A DNA stretch of 51,606 bases, counting the filler, from Dirinaria sp. TL-2023a (taxonomy: Eukaryota), in the NCBI GenBank assembly GCA_051941275.1. It is 3 parts of 3 records of this genome, joined end to end, with 100 filler letters (N's around TTAATTAATTAA, not from the genome) between each part and the next. Parts side by side here need not be neighbours in the genome. Positions count along the whole stretch, not along the records: positions 34,482 to 51,606 come from JAVEBF010000452.1; 2 more parts are not named here. One strand, given 5' to 3'. Under the pieces are notes generated by a model. That model was not told the DNA's origin. It was given only the letters and a program-made list of their open reading frames with translations, and did not search any database. Positions 48,817 through 51,606 of this stretch are shown here, piece by piece (the stretch's first letter is position 1; each line of letters starts with the position of its first letter). Made by a program: the position numbers and the translations under genes.

Positions 48817-50564
48817 ATGAAATACGCAAGCATCGGCGCAATCGGTGCGACTCTCGCGCTCCACCTCCCTTTCACTTTCGCGAAACACGGCCACGCACAC
48901 CTCAATGCGCTCGAGCATAGACATCATCATAGCAGAGGACTTCGCGGATCAGCAGCAGAGACTGGGTCGGCCATTGAGCTTACGGACGCAAACATCGGGA
49001 AAAGAGGTGGACAATGCCAGTTCCCAACAGATGCTGGATTAGTTGCCGTCACCCCCAATGATCAGAATGGAGGTTGGGCTATGAGCCCGGATCAATGCTG
49101 CGAACCGGGGAAGTATTGCCCCTACGCTTGCCCTCCGGGCCAAGTAATGGCGCAATGGGACCCGGACGCAACAGCCTACACCTATCCGATGTCCATGGTA
49201 TGCTCATTGCTTCCCTCGGTTCTGGCGCGGCACTAACGGTCACAGAACGGCGGCCTGTATTGCGATCGTGGTGGAAACATTCAGAAGCCGTTTCCCAACA
49301 AGCCATACTGTGTCGACGGCACAGGCAACATTGGGTGCACGAACAAAGCTAGTGGCAGTGTAGCGTTTTGTCAGACTGTTCTGCCAGGCAATGAAGCAAT
49401 GTTAATCCCCACGAATATTGAGACTTGGGCGCAGCTCGCTGTCCCCGGTCCGAGTTATTGGGCTGGCACCGCTGCGCAGTGAGTCTCACGAATGCCATCT
49501 TCCTTGCGTCAATTGTAATCCTGACATCACATAGTTTTTACATCAATCCGCCAGGCGTTTCGACCGAGGAAGCCTGTGTATGGGGCTCTTCGTCCAACCC
49601 CTATGGCAATTGGAGTCCGTATGTTGCAGGCGCAAACACGGTCGAATCAGGAGAAACTTTCATCAAGCTGGCCTGGAACCCAATCTATCTGGAACCCGCG
49701 ACTCCCTTCCGCAACGAGATGCCGACCTGGGGTGTCGAAATAATCTGCGATGGCGAATGCAATGGTCTTCCGTGTGCCATCGACCCAAGCAAGCATCAAG
49801 TAAATGAAATGGACGGCAGCAATACCGACGGAGCAGGAGGCGCAAATTTCTGCGTTGTGACTGTAGCGAAAGGGTCCTCCGCTAACTTCGTTGTCTTCGA
49901 AGGGGCCATGAGTTCAGCCGACACTGGAGCTGGAGGAGCTCCCCAAGCCGCAGCATCTCCAAGCACCCCCGGGTATAGCTATGTGGCATCACCCGCCTCT
50001 CCATCGAGTAGCACGCCAATCACGTCTCAACTAAGCTCTGGGCCCCCGTCTACTCCCCCACCCAGCAGCTCCTCGTCGGCAAGTCCGACGCCTACACCAA
50101 CACCAACCCCGACACCAACCCTGACCCCATCGTCAATTTCAGTACCGCCGCCCCCGCCGAGCAGCACATACTCTCCTCCTTCAGCAAGTTTATCCATTTC
50201 CTCATCATCATCATCATCATCATCATCCTTGTCATCCTCAACGCCTCAAGCTGTGAGCAGCAGCAACTTCCCTCTTAATATTACGAGCCAAGCACCCACT
50301 ACACCTCCTCATGCCCATCCGCATAAGCACGTCAAGCCAACGCACCTGAGTTTCCACTACAAGCCGCACGTTTTCGTCGAGAATGCTACGTCGCCCGTAG
50401 CTTCCGCCAGCGCCCCAATCGCGTCGGTCAACGCCACGGGGACTCCCACACAATCACTGATTGTGCAGACCGTCAAGCCTACTGGAGCCGGCTATAATAC
50501 GCACGTGACTGTGGCAGGCTTCGGCCTGACGGTTCTGGCAGCCATAGCATTCGTGGCTTTGTGA
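48817..50564 (+). CDS. SUN-family (GH132, group II / Adg3-like) cell-wall beta-glucanase-like protein, 3 exons (48817-49197, 49246-49478, 49535-50564), 547 aa
   Basis: Signal peptide and KR site. Motifs GWAMSPDQCCEPGKYCPYACPPG, NGGLYC, FCQTVLPGNEAMLIPT, YINPPG and GNWSPYVAGAN. Ser/Pro/Thr-rich stalk and GPI-like hydrophobic tail. Confidence 0.93.
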
Positions 50565-51473
50565 TCGTGTCCAACGTCTTCATCCAAATCTTTTTATTAC
50601 GTCTTTATAATTATGCTATATACCCAAATCATGTCGGACATGTCGCTTACTATACTTTACACTTTAATTTCTAATGGGCGGGGCTCGAATGCTTTTCGTT
50701 GGTAATGCCATGTCGTCTGTTTGCTGGACAAGAAGCAGCTGGCCGTACATAAGACGCCTTTGATCGGATCTTGAGGATATCTTTATAATTAATTGTGTGT
50801 ACGATAGCGTTTGTTTATCCAGTTATGCTTAGCGTGCTGGGAGTTGGATATCTGCTTCGAAGTGGTTGGAGACTCCATCGTTCGATCACAGATACAAAGC
50901 TGATCGTACTAATAAGTGTACATATATAATTCGCGTAGTAGGGAAAATACTAAAATCGCAAACCTAAATCCAAAATTCATCGACTTGTTTGACATTGATG
51001 GTCTTAGCTAGATGGAGAGCTCGAAGTTGAATCATGTTCGGATCTTCAAGAATCGTCTTCGCCTGAGGGCCATTCACCTACTTTACCTTATCTTAAGGTA
51101 CTTAGATCCCATCTTACCTTACCATTAATCAATTAGGGTTACTGGAGGGTGTCGAATCTAGTTACCTAGGTTTTTTACTGTGACGACACCACAAGTTTTA
51201 GCTACCTAGTGCTATATACGCCAAGACTCCTGTGGCTTCTAGGTGACTACAGTTGCCCTTTGGTGAGCACAGCTGCCTGCTGGGTATAACGCTGGCATGT
51301 CCGGGCGATAATTTCGGGTGGTCTCCCAGGCGACTTCCTGTTGACCACACTAGTGGCATTGACCACGCTAGTCAGGACTTAAGTTATGATGTGCTCCCTC
51401 GGCTCCTAAGATGACTGCAAACCCTCAATCGCTCCAAGCTAGCTCCAATTCATTCTTCCTGTGTTACCACATT

Positions 51474-51585
51474 ATGGACATCCAAGCACTCTCTCCCGAG
51501 ATTATCCAAGACACCCAAATACCATCCACCTCAGACTCTATCCCCGCCGGTCAAATCACCTCAACGTTCAGCTCCACCTGCATCG
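51474..51585 (+). CDS. Possible first exon of a gene continuing beyond the window
   Basis: ATG, 37 open codons (MDIQALSPEIIQDTQ..), then a consensus G|GTAAGT donor at 51586. Confidence 0.4.
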
Positions 51586-51606
51586 GTAAGTACCGATTCC
51601 CTCCCT

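Noticed and set aside
50202..50227. (TCA)n microsatellite and PT repeats in the SUN gene
   Set aside because: Ordinary Ser/Pro/Thr-rich stalk of a cell-wall protein.

Overview
Genomic DNA of a filamentous ascomycete (Pezizomycotina; possibly a lichen-forming fungus, which is inference only), with short GT-AG introns carrying CTRAC branch points. Three contig pieces are joined by two artificial 100-nt N/TTAATTAATTAA spacers (17155-17254, 34382-34481). Genes assembled by hand from splice signals: histone H2A.Z, a ~2000-aa Snt1/NCoR-like double-SANT protein, deoxyhypusine synthase, a MATH-pseudoUSP-MORN-RING protein, an NsdC/Usv1-type C2H2 factor, Coa6, Sys1, Vps29, alanine-glyoxylate aminotransferase, a Cys-rich GPI-like protein, a conserved hypothetical protein, a two-domain Cys-patterned effector-like protein and a group-II SUN protein. 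The stretch from about 25.3 to 37.5 kb is gene-poor and accessory-like, with orphan ORFs, degenerate tandem repeats and a RIP-like decayed ORF. Best leads: an ATG-less, PTS2-bearing in-frame N-terminal extension of AGX1 (candidate CUG initiation), a catalytically dead USP fused to a RING, a long hairpin in H2A.Z intron 1, a 198-codon frame broken only by TGA, atypical splice sites (GAG acceptor in DYS1, GC donor in VPS29, apparent GG donor in an orphan gene) and a perfect 21-bp hairpin enclosing a 3' splice site. No tRNA, rRNA, CRISPR array or intact transposon was recognised.
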